Positions 16,251 through 27,045 of a stretch of 32,000 bases of DNA are shown piece after piece. Source of the DNA: Candidatus Nitrosacidococcus tergens. Its GTDB lineage: Bacteria > Pseudomonadota > Gammaproteobacteria > Nitrosococcales > Nitrosococcaceae. Positions within the stretch are counted from its first letter, which is position 1; every line of letters begins with the position of its first letter. Location: NCBI RefSeq assembly GCF_902810445.1, contig NZ_LR778175.1, positions 1,287,473-1,319,472 of the forward strand, written 5' to 3'. The notes beneath the pieces were generated by a model that saw only the letters and a list, made by a program, of their open reading frames with translations, was not told the DNA's origin and ran no database searches. A program made the position numbers and the translations under genes.

Positions 16251-17783
16251 TTATACTTGAGGGTGATTTCTACTAATAGAATTTAGCATTTTATTAAATG
16301 CATTTACATAGGCCTTTGCTGAAGCAATCACGATGTCTGTATCTGATCCTTGTCCATTAACAATACGACCATCTTTTTCTAGTCGAACTGTAACTTCTCC
16401 TTGAGAATCAGTACCACTCGTAATATTATTTACGGAATAAAGAGTGAGCTTTACTTCGTGCTTTAAAATAAAATCAATAGCCTTATAAGTGGCATCCACA
16501 GGTCCGCTACCTATAGATTCTGCTTGGAGTTCAACTCCATCTACACTTAAAATTACAGATGCTTTAGGTATTTCTCCAATCTCAGAGATTGTCCTTAGAT
16601 ATAATAATTTAAAACGCTCATTTTCTACTGTTAAATGGGTATCAGTAATCAACGCTTGAAGATCTTCATCATAGATTTCGTGCTTTTTATCAGCAAGCTC
16701 TTTGAATTTTTGAAATGTAGTGTTTAAATCCTCAGCCTTAAGATCAATCCCTAAATCATGAAGTCGTGATTTAAACGCATTGCGCCCAGAATGCTTACCT
16801 AGAACCATACGGTTTGTATGCCAGCCTACATCTTCTGCACGCATAATTTCATAAGTTTCCCGCTCTTTAAGCACACCATCTTGATGAATGCCAGATTCAT
16901 GAGCAAAAGCATTAGCACCTACAATTGCTTTATTGGGCTGGACAGGAAATCCTGTAATTCCTGAAACTAAACGGGAAGTAGGCACAATTTGTGTTGTATC
17001 AATACAAGTATCACAAGAAAATAGATCTCTCCGAGTCCGCACTGCCATAGTAATTTCTTCAAGTGCAGCATTACCAGCCCTTTCTCCAAGACCATTAATG
17101 GTACATTCAACTTGGCGAGCGCCGTTTATTACAGCTGTCAAAGAATTAGCCACAGCTAAACCTAAATCATTGTGGCAATGTACAGAAAATATTGCTTTAT
17201 CTGAATTGGGTACCCTCTCTATCAGGGTGCGAATGAGTTTTCCAAATTGATCCGGAAAATTATAGCCCACTGTATCAGGAATATTAATTGTATTTGCCCC
17301 TGCTTTAATCGCTGATTCAATAATCTGGCATAAAAAATCAATGTCTGACCTTCCAGCATCTTCAGGAGAAAATTCTATATTATCTGTATATTTTTTTGCT
17401 CTCTGGATAGCTCTAATCGCATAATCTAATACTTGATTAGAATCCATTCTGAGTTTAGCCTTCATGTGGATTGGCGAAGTAGCTATAAAAGTATGAATAC
17501 GGGTTGAGTTTGATCCCGCTAAAGCTTCTCCTGCTCGATCAATATCCTCTTTTAATGCACGTGCTAATCCGCATACGGTACTTTCTTTGATAATATGAGC
17601 TACAGCACGTACTGCTTCAAAATCTCCTTGGCTAGCAGCAGGAAATCCTGCTTCAATTACATCTACTCTCATTCGCTCAAGAGCTTTTGCAATACGCAAC
17701 TTCTCGTCCTGAGTCATAGAAGCACCCGGGCTTTGTTCTCCATCCCGTAAAGTAGTGTCAAAAATAATTAATCTGTTTTCCAT
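16251..17783 (-). CDS. leuA: 2-isopropylmalate synthase
   Basis: [37 protein letters not shown] and the C-terminal LeuA dimerisation/regulatory domain. Confidence 0.96.
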   Translation of the reverse strand: MENRLIIFDTTLRDGEQSPGASMTQDEKLRIAKALERMRVDVIEAGFPAASQGDFEAVRAVAHIIKESTVCGLARALKEDIDRAGEALAGSNSTRIHTFIATSPIHMKAKLRMDSNQVLDYAIRAIQRAKKYTDNIEFSPEDAGRSDIDFLCQIIESAIKAGANTINIPDTVGYNFPDQFGKLIRTLIERVPNSDKAIFSVHCHNDLGLAVANSLTAVINGARQVECTINGLGERAGNAALEEITMAVRTRRDLFSCDTCIDTTQIVPTSRLVSGITGFPVQPNKAIVGANAFAHESGIHQDGVLKERETYEIMRAEDVGWHTNRMVLGKHSGRNAFKSRLHDLGIDLKAEDLNTTFQKFKELADKKHEIYDEDLQALITDTHLTVENERFKLLYLRTISEIGEIPKASVILSVDGVELQAESIGSGPVDATYKAIDFILKHEVKLTLYSVNNITSGTDSQGEVTVRLEKDGRIVNGQGSDTDIVIASAKAYVNAFNKMLNSISRNHPQV

Positions 17784-17871
17784 AATAAATAAAATCCCCT
17801 ACATTACTAATGTATATTAACTTAAAATTTAAAAGTGGCTTAATTAAATGTTAATAATTGAATGTTTGCCT

Positions 17872-17907
17872 TTAAACAGGCAATAATAGGAGAGTAAATA
17901 AATTCAT
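17872..17907 (-). promoter_or_regulatory. Candidate leucine-run leader peptide ORF (MNLFTLLLLPV*) upstream of leuA
   Basis: The minus strand reads ATG AAT TTA TTT ACT CTC CTA TTA TTG CCT GTT TAA. It contains four consecutive Leu codons. It starts 5 nt after the pssA stop and ends 88 nt before the leuA ATG. Its 3' end lies inside hairpin 17866-17883. Confidence 0.5.
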
Positions 17908-17912
17908 GAAAT

Positions 17913-18698
17913 TTATTTCTCATTAATATGAGATGAAGAAATAGGACGACGCTGTATTCTACGCCGACGAAGTTGTATTAAAGTAATAGATGGGCCGGAT
18001 ACAGAATATAGTAAAGCACAAATAAACAACACCTTAGGAGGATCAGTAGAAATTAAAATAAATATTAACACTACTGCTAAAATTGCTATAAAAGGCACTT
18101 GATCATAGTTATAGAAATTTTTAAAACTATAGTAGCGAATATTACTCACCATAAAGGTAGCTATAACTACAGTTAACACAAGTACTAAGATTCTAAGATC
18201 AGATCCCGGTATATCAAGATCAGTTGCCACCCATACTAACCCTACTAAGCAAGCCGCAGCAGCAGGGCTTGCAAGCCCTTGAAAATAACGCTTATCGATA
18301 GTCCCAACTTGGGTATTAAATCGTGCTAGTCGTAATGCCGTGCAAGCAGCATAAAGAAACGCTGCAGACCACCCTATTTTCCCCAGAGTATGCAGTGACC
18401 ATTCATAAACAATAAGAGCAGGCCCCATACCGAAAGAAACCATATCTGATAGGCTATCATATTCAGCTCCAAAAGCACTTTCGGTATTAGTAATACGAGC
18501 TATCCTACCATCTACACCATCCATTAGCATAGCAATGAAAATAGCAACTGCTGCTGCTTCAAAACGACCATTTATAGCTGCAATGATTCCATAAAACCCT
18601 GCAAATAGTCCCGTTGTAGTAAATAAGTTAGGTAGAAGATAAATTCCTCTACGGCGTCGACCACCCATTTTCAATGGTGTAGAAGATTCTAAACTCAC
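17913..18698 (-). CDS. pssA: CDP-diacylglycerol--serine O-phosphatidyltransferase
   Basis: CDP-alcohol phosphatidyltransferase motif DGVDGRIARITNTESAFGAEYDSLSD, multiple TM segments, and ilvC-pssA synteny as in Pseudomonas. GTG start at 18698; an alternative ATG is at 18668. Confidence 0.9.
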   Translation of the reverse strand: MSLESSTPLKMGGRRRRGIYLLPNLFTTTGLFAGFYGIIAAINGRFEAAAVAIFIAMLMDGVDGRIARITNTESAFGAEYDSLSDMVSFGMGPALIVYEWSLHTLGKIGWSAAFLYAACTALRLARFNTQVGTIDKRYFQGLASPAAAACLVGLVWVATDLDIPGSDLRILVLVLTVVIATFMVSNIRYYSFKNFYNYDQVPFIAILAVVLIFILISTDPPKVLFICALLYSVSGPSITLIQLRRRRIQRRPISSSHINEK

Positions 18699-18711
18699 TA
18701 GATAATAAAAA

Positions 18712-19776
<1,065 letters not shown>

Positions 19777-19788
19777 TTATTAAAAAAA

Positions 19789-20283
19789 TCATGGTTGTAG
19801 TGCTTTTTTCCCTCGTGTAATACCTATTGCACCAGATCGAACAGTTTCAAGGATTTTAAATCCACTAAAAGCTTGAAGAAATGCATCTTGTTTGCTTACG
19901 CTACCGGTAAGCTCTATAGTATAAGTATTGTCAGTCACATCAATAATATTACCTCGAAAAATATCACTTAATTGTTTTGCCTCATTACGTTCAGTTGCTG
20001 AGGCAACCCATATCTTAAGTAACATTAATTCTCGCTCAATATGCGCTCCCTTATTTAGATCCTCTGCTATTACAACATCAATCAACTTATCTAACTGTTT
20101 TAATACTTGTGCTATTAATTTATCTGATCCAGAGGTGACCAGAGTCATTCGAGATAGAGAAGGATCTTCTGTTGGGGCTACTGATAAAGATTCAATATTA
20201 TACCCACGAGCAGAAAATAAGCCTGCGACTCGAGATAAAGCCCCAGATTCATTTTCCATTAATAGGGAAATAATATGACGCAT
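19789..20283 (-). CDS. ilvH: Acetolactate synthase small (regulatory) subunit
   Basis: ACT domain MENESGALSRVAGLFSARGYNIESLSV, about 164 aa, directly after the large subunit. Confidence 0.94.
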   Translation of the reverse strand: MRHIISLLMENESGALSRVAGLFSARGYNIESLSVAPTEDPSLSRMTLVTSGSDKLIAQVLKQLDKLIDVVIAEDLNKGAHIERELMLLKIWVASATERNEAKQLSDIFRGNIIDVTDNTYTIELTGSVSKQDAFLQAFSGFKILETVRSGAIGITRGKKALQP

Positions 20284-20311
20284 ATTTCTATATATCCTAT
20301 TGCTATAAGAA

Positions 20312-22036
20312 TTACAGTGTATTACATTGGGAGCTTAAGTGCATTTCATGATGTCCCTTACCTGCGGCAATCATAGGATACACGTTCTCTGTTTGATCAG
20401 TGATAAAATCTAGAAATACTAAACGATCCTTGAGATCAAAAGCTTCTTTTAATGCTGCTTCTATATCACTTGGTTTTTCAACACGTATGCCTACGTGACC
20501 ATAAGCTTCAGTAAGTTTTACAAAATCTGGGAGGGCATCTACATAAGAATGAGAATAGCGCCGATCATAGAAAAACTCCTGCCACTGACGGACCATACCC
20601 ATATAGCGGTTGTTTAAGTTGATAATTTTTATAGGTAAATCATATTGCTTACAGGTTGAGAGTTCTTGGATGCACATTTGGATGCTTGCCTCTCCTGTTA
20701 CGCAGGCAACTAGAGATTCTGGATATGCAAATTGGACTCCCATTGCTGCAGGTAATCCAAACCCCATTGTGCCTAACCCACCTGAATTGATCCAATGCCT
20801 TGGCTGATCAAACTTATAAAATTGAGCAACCCACATCTGATGTTGGCCTACATCAGATGCAACATAGGCAAATCTTTCTTTAGTTAATTCATAGAGTTTT
20901 TCAATAACGTATTGAGGCTTAATTAGCTCATTACTCTTTTGATATTGTAAACAGTTTATATTTTGCCACTGTTTAATTTGATTCCACCATTGGGATAGTA
21001 CATTTTGATCCGGATTTTGACTAGTCCTCTTTAATATTTCAATGCACTGTTTAAGTACTACTTTAACATCTCCTATAATAGGAATATGAGCATGTATATT
21101 CTTTGATATACTTGAGGGGTCAATATCAATATGAATAACTTTAGCATAGGGGCAAAATTGATTAATATCGCCTGTTACTCGATCATCAAAACGTGCACCT
21201 ATAGCAACTAGTACATCACATTCATGCATGCTCATGTTAGCTTCATAAGTTCCATGCATCCCCAACATTCCGATAAACTGAGAATTAGTAGCCGGATAAG
21301 CACCTAACCCCATAAGAGTACTAGTAATAGGGTAACCAAGTAGTCGAACAAATTCAGTAAGCTCACTGGCAGCATTACTAATTACTACCCCACCACCAGT
21401 ATATATCATTGGTTTTTTTGCAGAGAGTAGCAAATTAATAGCTTCTTCTAGCCTATCGAATTGTTGAAGTGCCACTTTACGATAAGATCTTAGGTTAACT
21501 TGTTTAGGGTAGTGGTAAGGAATTTTAATATTAGGATCGGTAATATCTTTAGGTATATCTATCACTACAGGTCCTGGTCGACCACTTGTAGCAATATAAA
21601 AAGCCTTTTTAAAGATAGGAGCTATTTCTTCAATGCTTTTAACTAAAAAATTGTGCTTTACGCAAGGCCTTGTAACACCGACAGAATCTACTTCTTGGAA
21701 AGCATCACTACCAATAACTGATCTAGGTACTTGACCAGTGATTACTACTAATGGGCTAGAATCCATATAAGCAGTAGCAATACCAGTAATAGCATTCGTT
21801 GCTCCAGGACCAGAAGTAACGAGAACCACCCCTGCCTTACCAGTAGATCGGGCATAGCCATCCGCTGCATGAGCAGCCCCTTGTTCATGGCGAACTAAGA
21901 CATGAGTAATATCTGGTTGCTGGTAAAGTGCATCATAAATATGAAGTACCGCCCCCCCTGGATACCCAAAAATGTACTCTACACCCTCGTCTTTTAGACA
22001 TTGAACAAGAATTTCAGCCCCACTTAGGCAATTCAC
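20312..22036 (-). CDS. ilvI: Acetolactate synthase large subunit (ThDP-dependent)
   Basis: GYPGGAVLHIYDAL, VTSGPGATN and the ThDP motif GGLGTMGFGLPAAMG...NN. GTG start with GAGGA upstream. Confidence 0.95.
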   Translation of the reverse strand: MNCLSGAEILVQCLKDEGVEYIFGYPGGAVLHIYDALYQQPDITHVLVRHEQGAAHAADGYARSTGKAGVVLVTSGPGATNAITGIATAYMDSSPLVVITGQVPRSVIGSDAFQEVDSVGVTRPCVKHNFLVKSIEEIAPIFKKAFYIATSGRPGPVVIDIPKDITDPNIKIPYHYPKQVNLRSYRKVALQQFDRLEEAINLLLSAKKPMIYTGGGVVISNAASELTEFVRLLGYPITSTLMGLGAYPATNSQFIGMLGMHGTYEANMSMHECDVLVAIGARFDDRVTGDINQFCPYAKVIHIDIDPSSISKNIHAHIPIIGDVKVVLKQCIEILKRTSQNPDQNVLSQWWNQIKQWQNINCLQYQKSNELIKPQYVIEKLYELTKERFAYVASDVGQHQMWVAQFYKFDQPRHWINSGGLGTMGFGLPAAMGVQFAYPESLVACVTGEASIQMCIQELSTCKQYDLPIKIINLNNRYMGMVRQWQEFFYDRRYSHSYVDALPDFVKLTEAYGHVGIRVEKPSDIEAALKEAFDLKDRLVFLDFITDQTENVYPMIAAGKGHHEMHLSSQCNTL

Positions 22037-22073
22037 AACAAATTCCTCTTTAACTTTATTACTATAAACTCAG

Positions 22074-22079
22074 ATTATA
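22074..22079 (-). promoter_or_regulatory. Consensus TATAAT upstream of ilvI (candidate -10)
   Basis: The minus strand reads ...gtacagTATAATctgag..., 37 nt before the GTG start. No good -35 was found. Confidence 0.3.
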
Positions 22080-22140
22080 CTGTACTTAAAAAGTATCCTA
22101 CTAATCTAGGAAACATATAAACTCATACTAACAAAAAATT

Positions 22141-23184
22141 ATGATAAATAGATTAATAATTACTCATCCCGATGATTGGCATTTACACTTACGAGATGGA
22201 AGTGTGTTAGTACATACTGTTTTTGATGCTTCTCAACGATTCGCTCGAGCTATCGTTATGCCTAACCTCAAACCACCTATAATAACAACCCAACAAGCAC
22301 TAGCTTACCGAAATCGGATTCTCTCTGTATTACCTAAAGATAAAATATTTCAACCTTTAATGACTCTTTATCTTACTGATAATACCACAGCTAAGGAAAT
22401 TATCAGTGCTAAAGATAGTGGTTATATATACGGTGTTAAATTATATCCTGCAGGTGTAACTACCAATGCTGATTCTGGCGTAACTAGCCTTACTAAACTC
22501 TATCCCATATTTGAGGTATTACAAAAGAAAAAACTTCCCTTATTACTTCATGGAGAGACTATTGATCCAAGCATTGATATTTTTGATCGAGAAAAAGTAT
22601 TTATAGAACAAAATCTTATTCCTATACTTCATGATTTTCCAGAACTTAAGGTAGTGCTAGAGCATATTAGCACTCAAGAGGCAGTAGAGTTTATTAAAGC
22701 AATGCCGTCAAATATTGCGGCAACAATTACCCCACATCATTTATTGTTGAATAGAAATGCAATGTTATTAGGAGGAATTCAACCTCATCATTATTGCTTG
22801 CCTGTGCTTAAAAAAGAGAAGCATCGCCAGGCACTTATTGCTGCAGCTACCAGTGGTAGTCCAAAATTTTTCCTAGGTACAGATAGTGCACCTCATTCTA
22901 AAAGTAATAAAGAATCTGCTTGCGGTTGTGCTGGAATTTACAACAGCCATGCAGCTTTAGAGCTCTATGCTGAAATTTTTGAGGCAGCAGATTCTTTAAG
23001 TAAATTAGAGGGGTTTACTAGTTTTTATGGTCCAGATTTTTATGGATTGCCTAGAAATCAAGCTAAGATTACTTTGCTTAGATCTCCATGGAAAGTACCT
23101 AAAAACCTACCTTTTGGGGATCAAGTATTAATCCCCCTACAAGCTGGGCTAACAATCAATTGGTGTTTAGAAAAAAAACAATAG
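22141..23184 (+). CDS. pyrC: Dihydroorotase (class II, E. coli type)
   Basis: [30 protein letters not shown] and GTDSAPH motifs. Confidence 0.94.
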   Translation: MINRLIITHPDDWHLHLRDGSVLVHTVFDASQRFARAIVMPNLKPPIITTQQALAYRNRILSVLPKDKIFQPLMTLYLTDNTTAKEIISAKDSGYIYGVKLYPAGVTTNADSGVTSLTKLYPIFEVLQKKKLPLLLHGETIDPSIDIFDREKVFIEQNLIPILHDFPELKVVLEHISTQEAVEFIKAMPSNIAATITPHHLLLNRNAMLLGGIQPHHYCLPVLKKEKHRQALIAAATSGSPKFFLGTDSAPHSKSNKESACGCAGIYNSHAALELYAEIFEAADSLSKLEGFTSFYGPDFYGLPRNQAKITLLRSPWKVPKNLPFGDQVLIPLQAGLTINWCLEKKQ

Positions 23185-23203
23185 GTTAGTACGGTTATAT
23201 ACA

Positions 23204-23935
23204 CTATAATAGTGTACCAATACGGCGAGCTACCTCTTCATAAGCTTCTATGAGTCCACCTAATCCATGGCGAAAGCGATCCTTATCTAATTTTTTTCGT
23301 GTTTCTATATCCCAAAGACGGCATCCATCCGGAGTAAATTCATCTCCTAATATTAATTGACCTTGATAATCCCCAAATTCTAATTTGTAATCTACTAATA
23401 GTAGGCCAGCATCTAAAAAGAGTTTTTTCAAAAAATCATTGACTCGAAAAGTATAGATTTTCATCTGCTCTACTTGATTTTTAGTAGCCCAGCCAAAAGT
23501 TTCAATATGATATTCATTAATCATAGGGTCATGAAGTGTATCATTTTTTAGAAAAAACTCAAAGATAGGCGGTTCTAGATCCTCCCCATCTTGCACACCT
23601 AGTCTTCGGCATAAACTTCCTGTTGCTATATTGCGCACTACACATTCAATAGGAAGCATTTCTAAATTTTTGACTAGAGATTCTTGAGGACCGATCAGTT
23701 TTTCAAAATGAGTAGGAATACCTACCTGATCTAGTTTTTCCATGATAAAAGCATTAAATTTATTATTTATCTCCCCTTTTTTACTAAACTGCTCTGTTTT
23801 CCCTCCATCAAACGCAGAGGTATCGTCACGAAAATGTAAAATTAACAGCTTAGAATCATTAGTGGTATAAACTGTTTTTGCTTTTCCTGAATAGAGTTTG
23901 ATTTGTTTTGTATATTCCATCATTTTAATATTCAC
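23204..23935 (-). CDS. purC: Phosphoribosylaminoimidazole-succinocarboxamide (SAICAR) synthase
   Basis: [42 protein letters not shown] and DKDRFR are collinear with E. coli PurC. The ATG at 23935 overlaps the bamC stop by 4 nt; internal Met starts at 23923 or 23920 are possible. Confidence 0.93.
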   Translation of the reverse strand: MNIKMMEYTKQIKLYSGKAKTVYTTNDSKLLILHFRDDTSAFDGGKTEQFSKKGEINNKFNAFIMEKLDQVGIPTHFEKLIGPQESLVKNLEMLPIECVVRNIATGSLCRRLGVQDGEDLEPPIFEFFLKNDTLHDPMINEYHIETFGWATKNQVEQMKIYTFRVNDFLKKLFLDAGLLLVDYKLEFGDYQGQLILGDEFTPDGCRLWDIETRKKLDKDRFRHGLGGLIEAYEEVARRIGTLL

Positions 23936-24948
23936 TCGCTTAATTGTTCGCCAATTAAAGATAGTAGGTGTTTTGATACTTGAGTCTCATCTTTATTTCC
24001 TTTTTTATCCAGAATAACGATCCGAGTGGAAGGTCCATCTGAAATTAATTTGATTTGGTACTGGTTTTGTTTACTTTTACTATCTTTCTTTTTCCAAAAA
24101 GCCAGTTTTGATCCTAGGGTTTTTTTCTTTTCCTTATCATCATCTAAGAAAGGATCATTGTAACGAATATAATAGATACCTCGGGATCTACTATGATCAT
24201 CTACTGTAAACCCTTTACGATCTAAAATAAGCCCTACTTCTTCCCAAACGTGAGAGAAGTCTTTATCAACTTCTAAGACTGTACCTTGTTCAAGTACACT
24301 GACTTTCTGCTTAGATTGATAGTCACTTTCTTCCTCTTTAACTGCTAGATCTTGAGCATGAAGTACACCCAAGTAATCAGCGAGACTGCGAAATGCCGCT
24401 TCTTCCTGTTGAGGATTGATACTTTTGCCACGTTGCTTTAGGTGGATAATAGAGTGTTGTGGGACTTCTCCATGTTCTATCTGTACTCGATAATTATCTT
24501 GATTTGTATTACCAATAACATCCATAAAACCAATACGAATGTCTTCAGCTTTAATCTTAAAGTTATTCTCCAGCCAAAAGCCATGAATCCTACTCCATAC
24601 TTGCTCTAAGCTTTCAGGGACTACTAGCTGTCGCTTCTTTCCCTCCCCCTCTATATAAGGTTTTTCATCCGATTTAATACCATATATTTCCCGTAAAGGA
24701 TTAGTTGCTTGTTCTTTATATTCTAAATAAGTTGCCTTATTTGTACTGGTTTCTTTTATATCATCATGAATATTGTTGATACTTAGATTTGGTGGAATTT
24801 CAAGGGGGGGTAATGCCTTGGCTTCCCGATATTTTTTAGTATTATCCGGTACAATTTTATCTAATGCAGAAAAAGTACGGGCACAGCTGCTGAGGATAAC
24901 TGTGGTTGCACACATCAGTATTATCCAGCCGTTTCGGCTCCAAAGCAT
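23932..24948 (-). CDS. bamC: Outer membrane protein assembly factor BamC (NlpB) lipoprotein
   Basis: Lipobox ILSS|C and the N-terminal ...[11 protein letters not shown] motif. It is about 340 aa and follows the classical dapA-bamC-purC synteny. Confidence 0.8.
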   Translation of the reverse strand: MLWSRNGWIILMCATTVILSSCARTFSALDKIVPDNTKKYREAKALPPLEIPPNLSINNIHDDIKETSTNKATYLEYKEQATNPLREIYGIKSDEKPYIEGEGKKRQLVVPESLEQVWSRIHGFWLENNFKIKAEDIRIGFMDVIGNTNQDNYRVQIEHGEVPQHSIIHLKQRGKSINPQQEEAAFRSLADYLGVLHAQDLAVKEEESDYQSKQKVSVLEQGTVLEVDKDFSHVWEEVGLILDRKGFTVDDHSRSRGIYYIRYNDPFLDDDKEKKKTLGSKLAFWKKKDSKSKQNQYQIKLISDGPSTRIVILDKKGNKDETQVSKHLLSLIGEQLSE

Positions 24949-24978
24949 AATTTATTATTACGATAGTAGTAGCTATTA

Positions 24979-25863
24979 TCATGGCAAAGCCTGTGCTTGG
25001 CTTAAGGCCAGCTCAAGGAGTTGATGATATTGATTTGATAGATGGGTTAGCGGTAATCGAATTCCTAAATGAATTAGCTCCATTCTATGTAAAGCCCATT
25101 TTACTGGAATTGGGTTTGCTTCAAGAAATAGGGCTTTATATAAAGGGGTAAGTTGTTGGTTTATTTGTTTTGCTGCTACTTGGTTTTGATGTAGTGCAGC
25201 ATCGCATAATTCATGCATCATTTTAGGAGCAACATTGGCAACAACAGAAATATTTCCCTTTCCACCTAATAAGATACATTCCATTGCTGTATTATCATCT
25301 CCACTATAGAGATCGATTTTCTCTCCACAGAGATCCAAAATCTTTTTTCCTCGACTAAGATCTCCCGTAGCTTCTTTTATACCAATAATGTTAGGGATAT
25401 CAGCTAAACGAGCCACTGTTTCTGGTAATAAATCACACCCCGTTCTAGTTGGTACATTGTAGAGAATTTGAGGAATAGGAACTGCATCTGCAATAGCTTT
25501 AAAGTGTAAATAAAGCCCTTCTTGAGTAGGTCTATTATAGTAAGGTGTAACAAGTAGACATGCATCAGCACCTGCATCTAAAGCTGCTTGAGTAAGATCA
25601 ATTGCTTCACTTGTGCAATTTGCTCCAGTACCTGCGATAATAGGTATTCGACCTCGTACTTGTTTAACAACTTCTTGGATAATTTTTATATGTTCTTTAA
25701 TATCTAAAGTAGCAGACTCTCCTGTTGTACCCACTGCTACAATTGCATCTGTCTTATTTTCTAAGTGAAAGTCCACTAACCGAGATAAGTTTTCCCAATC
25801 TATCGCACCATTTGTATACATCGGGGTAACTAAAGCAACCATACTACCGTAAAGCATAATCAT
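24979..25863 (-). CDS. dapA: 4-hydroxy-tetrahydrodipicolinate synthase
   Basis: GSMVALVTPM, VGTTGESATL, TPYYNRPTQEGLY.HF, ILYNVP.RTG, IKEATG and NPIPVKWA are collinear with E. coli DapA. The start is either 25863 or 25857. Confidence 0.95.
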   Translation of the reverse strand: MIMLYGSMVALVTPMYTNGAIDWENLSRLVDFHLENKTDAIVAVGTTGESATLDIKEHIKIIQEVVKQVRGRIPIIAGTGANCTSEAIDLTQAALDAGADACLLVTPYYNRPTQEGLYLHFKAIADAVPIPQILYNVPTRTGCDLLPETVARLADIPNIIGIKEATGDLSRGKKILDLCGEKIDLYSGDDNTAMECILLGGKGNISVVANVAPKMMHELCDAALHQNQVAAKQINQQLTPLYKALFLEANPIPVKWALHRMELIHLGIRLPLTHLSNQYHQLLELALSQAQALP

Positions 25864-25996
25864 TCTTTAAAGACTAAGTTTAAATAATATTGCTTATGAC
25901 TATTTTTCAGTAAAAAAATTCTCTTTTATTTACACTTGTATTTATACTGCACTGAATAATAAAGTAGATAAGCAAAGGGTTATAAATAAAAATACA

Positions 25997-26530
25997 ATGG
26001 AGCAGTATTTAGTTATTTTAGCGATTGGAAAAAACCAGCCTAATCTTTTAAAAGAAGTAGGAAACACTATACTAAATAGTGGCTGTAATATTAAAGATAG
26101 CCGAGTAACGCTAATGGGCTCGGAATTTAGCATATCGCTCTTTGTTTCTGGTTCTTGGAATACAATTGCTAAGCTAGAGTCAATGCTTCCTATACTTAAA
26201 CAAAAATTAGCACTCTCTATACTGACACAACGTACTCAACCTGATGCTGATCACAATTTTATCCATTATGTAGCAAAAATCACTGCAGCACTATATCAGC
26301 CCCATATTTTTCACGAGCTTGCTATTTTCTTTTTTGAACAAAATCTTTTAATTGAGGAAATGGATACCCACTGCTATCAGGGTTCAGGAGGTGTCACTTT
26401 ATTTTCAGTAAGCATCATTATACACTTACCTACTCATTTATCTATTGCTACACTAAGAAATCAATTTTTAGATTTATGTGATAATTTAAATTTAGATGAT
26501 GCTTTCTTAGAACCTATTCAAGGACGCTAA
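25997..26530 (+). CDS. gcvR: Glycine cleavage system transcriptional repressor-like ACT-domain protein
   Basis: YLVILAIGKNQP...SGCNIKDSRVTLMGSEFSISLFVSGSWNTIAKLESMLP parallels E. coli GcvR. The dapA/gcvR/bcp synteny is as in E. coli. Confidence 0.8.
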   Translation: MEQYLVILAIGKNQPNLLKEVGNTILNSGCNIKDSRVTLMGSEFSISLFVSGSWNTIAKLESMLPILKQKLALSILTQRTQPDADHNFIHYVAKITAALYQPHIFHELAIFFFEQNLLIEEMDTHCYQGSGGVTLFSVSIIIHLPTHLSIATLRNQFLDLCDNLNLDDAFLEPIQGR

Positions 26531-26539
26531 TTACTTCTT

Positions 26540-27007
26540 ATGTCTAAAATTACTGTTGGATTTGAAGTTCCTGATTTTGAAATTCTTTCAACCTCTAATA
26601 ACTCTTTTAAACTCTCTCAATTCAAGGGTCAAAACATAGTGCTCTATTTCTACCCAAAGGATGATACACCAGGGTGTACTAGAGAGGGGCAAGATTTTCG
26701 AGATCTATCTGAAGAGTTTAAACGTACAAATACGCTTATTTTTGGCATTTCCAAAGACAGTATTCAATCCCATGAAATTTTTAAAACTCAGCAGCACTTT
26801 CCTTTTGATCTACTATCAGATGAGAACGAATCTATTTGTCAGTTATTTAATGTAATTAAGTCAAAAAATTATGGTAAGGATGCTAAAGGGATTGAGCGTA
26901 GTACTTTTCTCATAGATAAAAATGGGGTTTTATATAAAGAGTGGCGTCAAGTTAAAGTAGAAGGTCATGCAATGGAAGTACTAGATATAGCTAAAGCATT
27001 AGATTAG
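26540..27007 (+). CDS. bcp: Peroxiredoxin Bcp (thiol peroxidase)
   Basis: FYPKDDTPGCTREG carries the peroxidatic Cys. It is about 155 aa. Confidence 0.92.
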   Translation: MSKITVGFEVPDFEILSTSNNSFKLSQFKGQNIVLYFYPKDDTPGCTREGQDFRDLSEEFKRTNTLIFGISKDSIQSHEIFKTQQHFPFDLLSDENESICQLFNVIKSKNYGKDAKGIERSTFLIDKNGVLYKEWRQVKVEGHAMEVLDIAKALD

Positions 27008-27045
27008 CCCTTCTTATAAGATAGTTAGAATTAGAATAAGTACAC

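Noticed and set aside
22075-22116. 13-codon mini-ORF MFPRLVGYFLSTV* upstream of ilvI as a possible branched-chain amino-acid leader
   Set aside because: It has only scattered Leu/Val codons with no run, no SD and no downstream terminator, and it overlaps the best -10 candidate. This is not comparable to the Leu run upstream of leuA.
25942-26133. 63-aa hydrophobic-looking ORF on the minus strand spanning the dapA-gcvR spacer and the gcvR 5' end
   Set aside because: Most of it is antisense to gcvR, whose N-terminus aligns with E. coli GcvR. It has no SD, and its hydrophobicity is explained by the AT-rich antisense composition.
26980-26990. ACTAGATATAG near the end of bcp as a possible NrdR box upstream of nrdA
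   Set aside because: It matches only the AT core of the NrdR palindrome as I remember it. The flanking CAC/GTG arms are absent, the site is not palindromic, and there is no second box.
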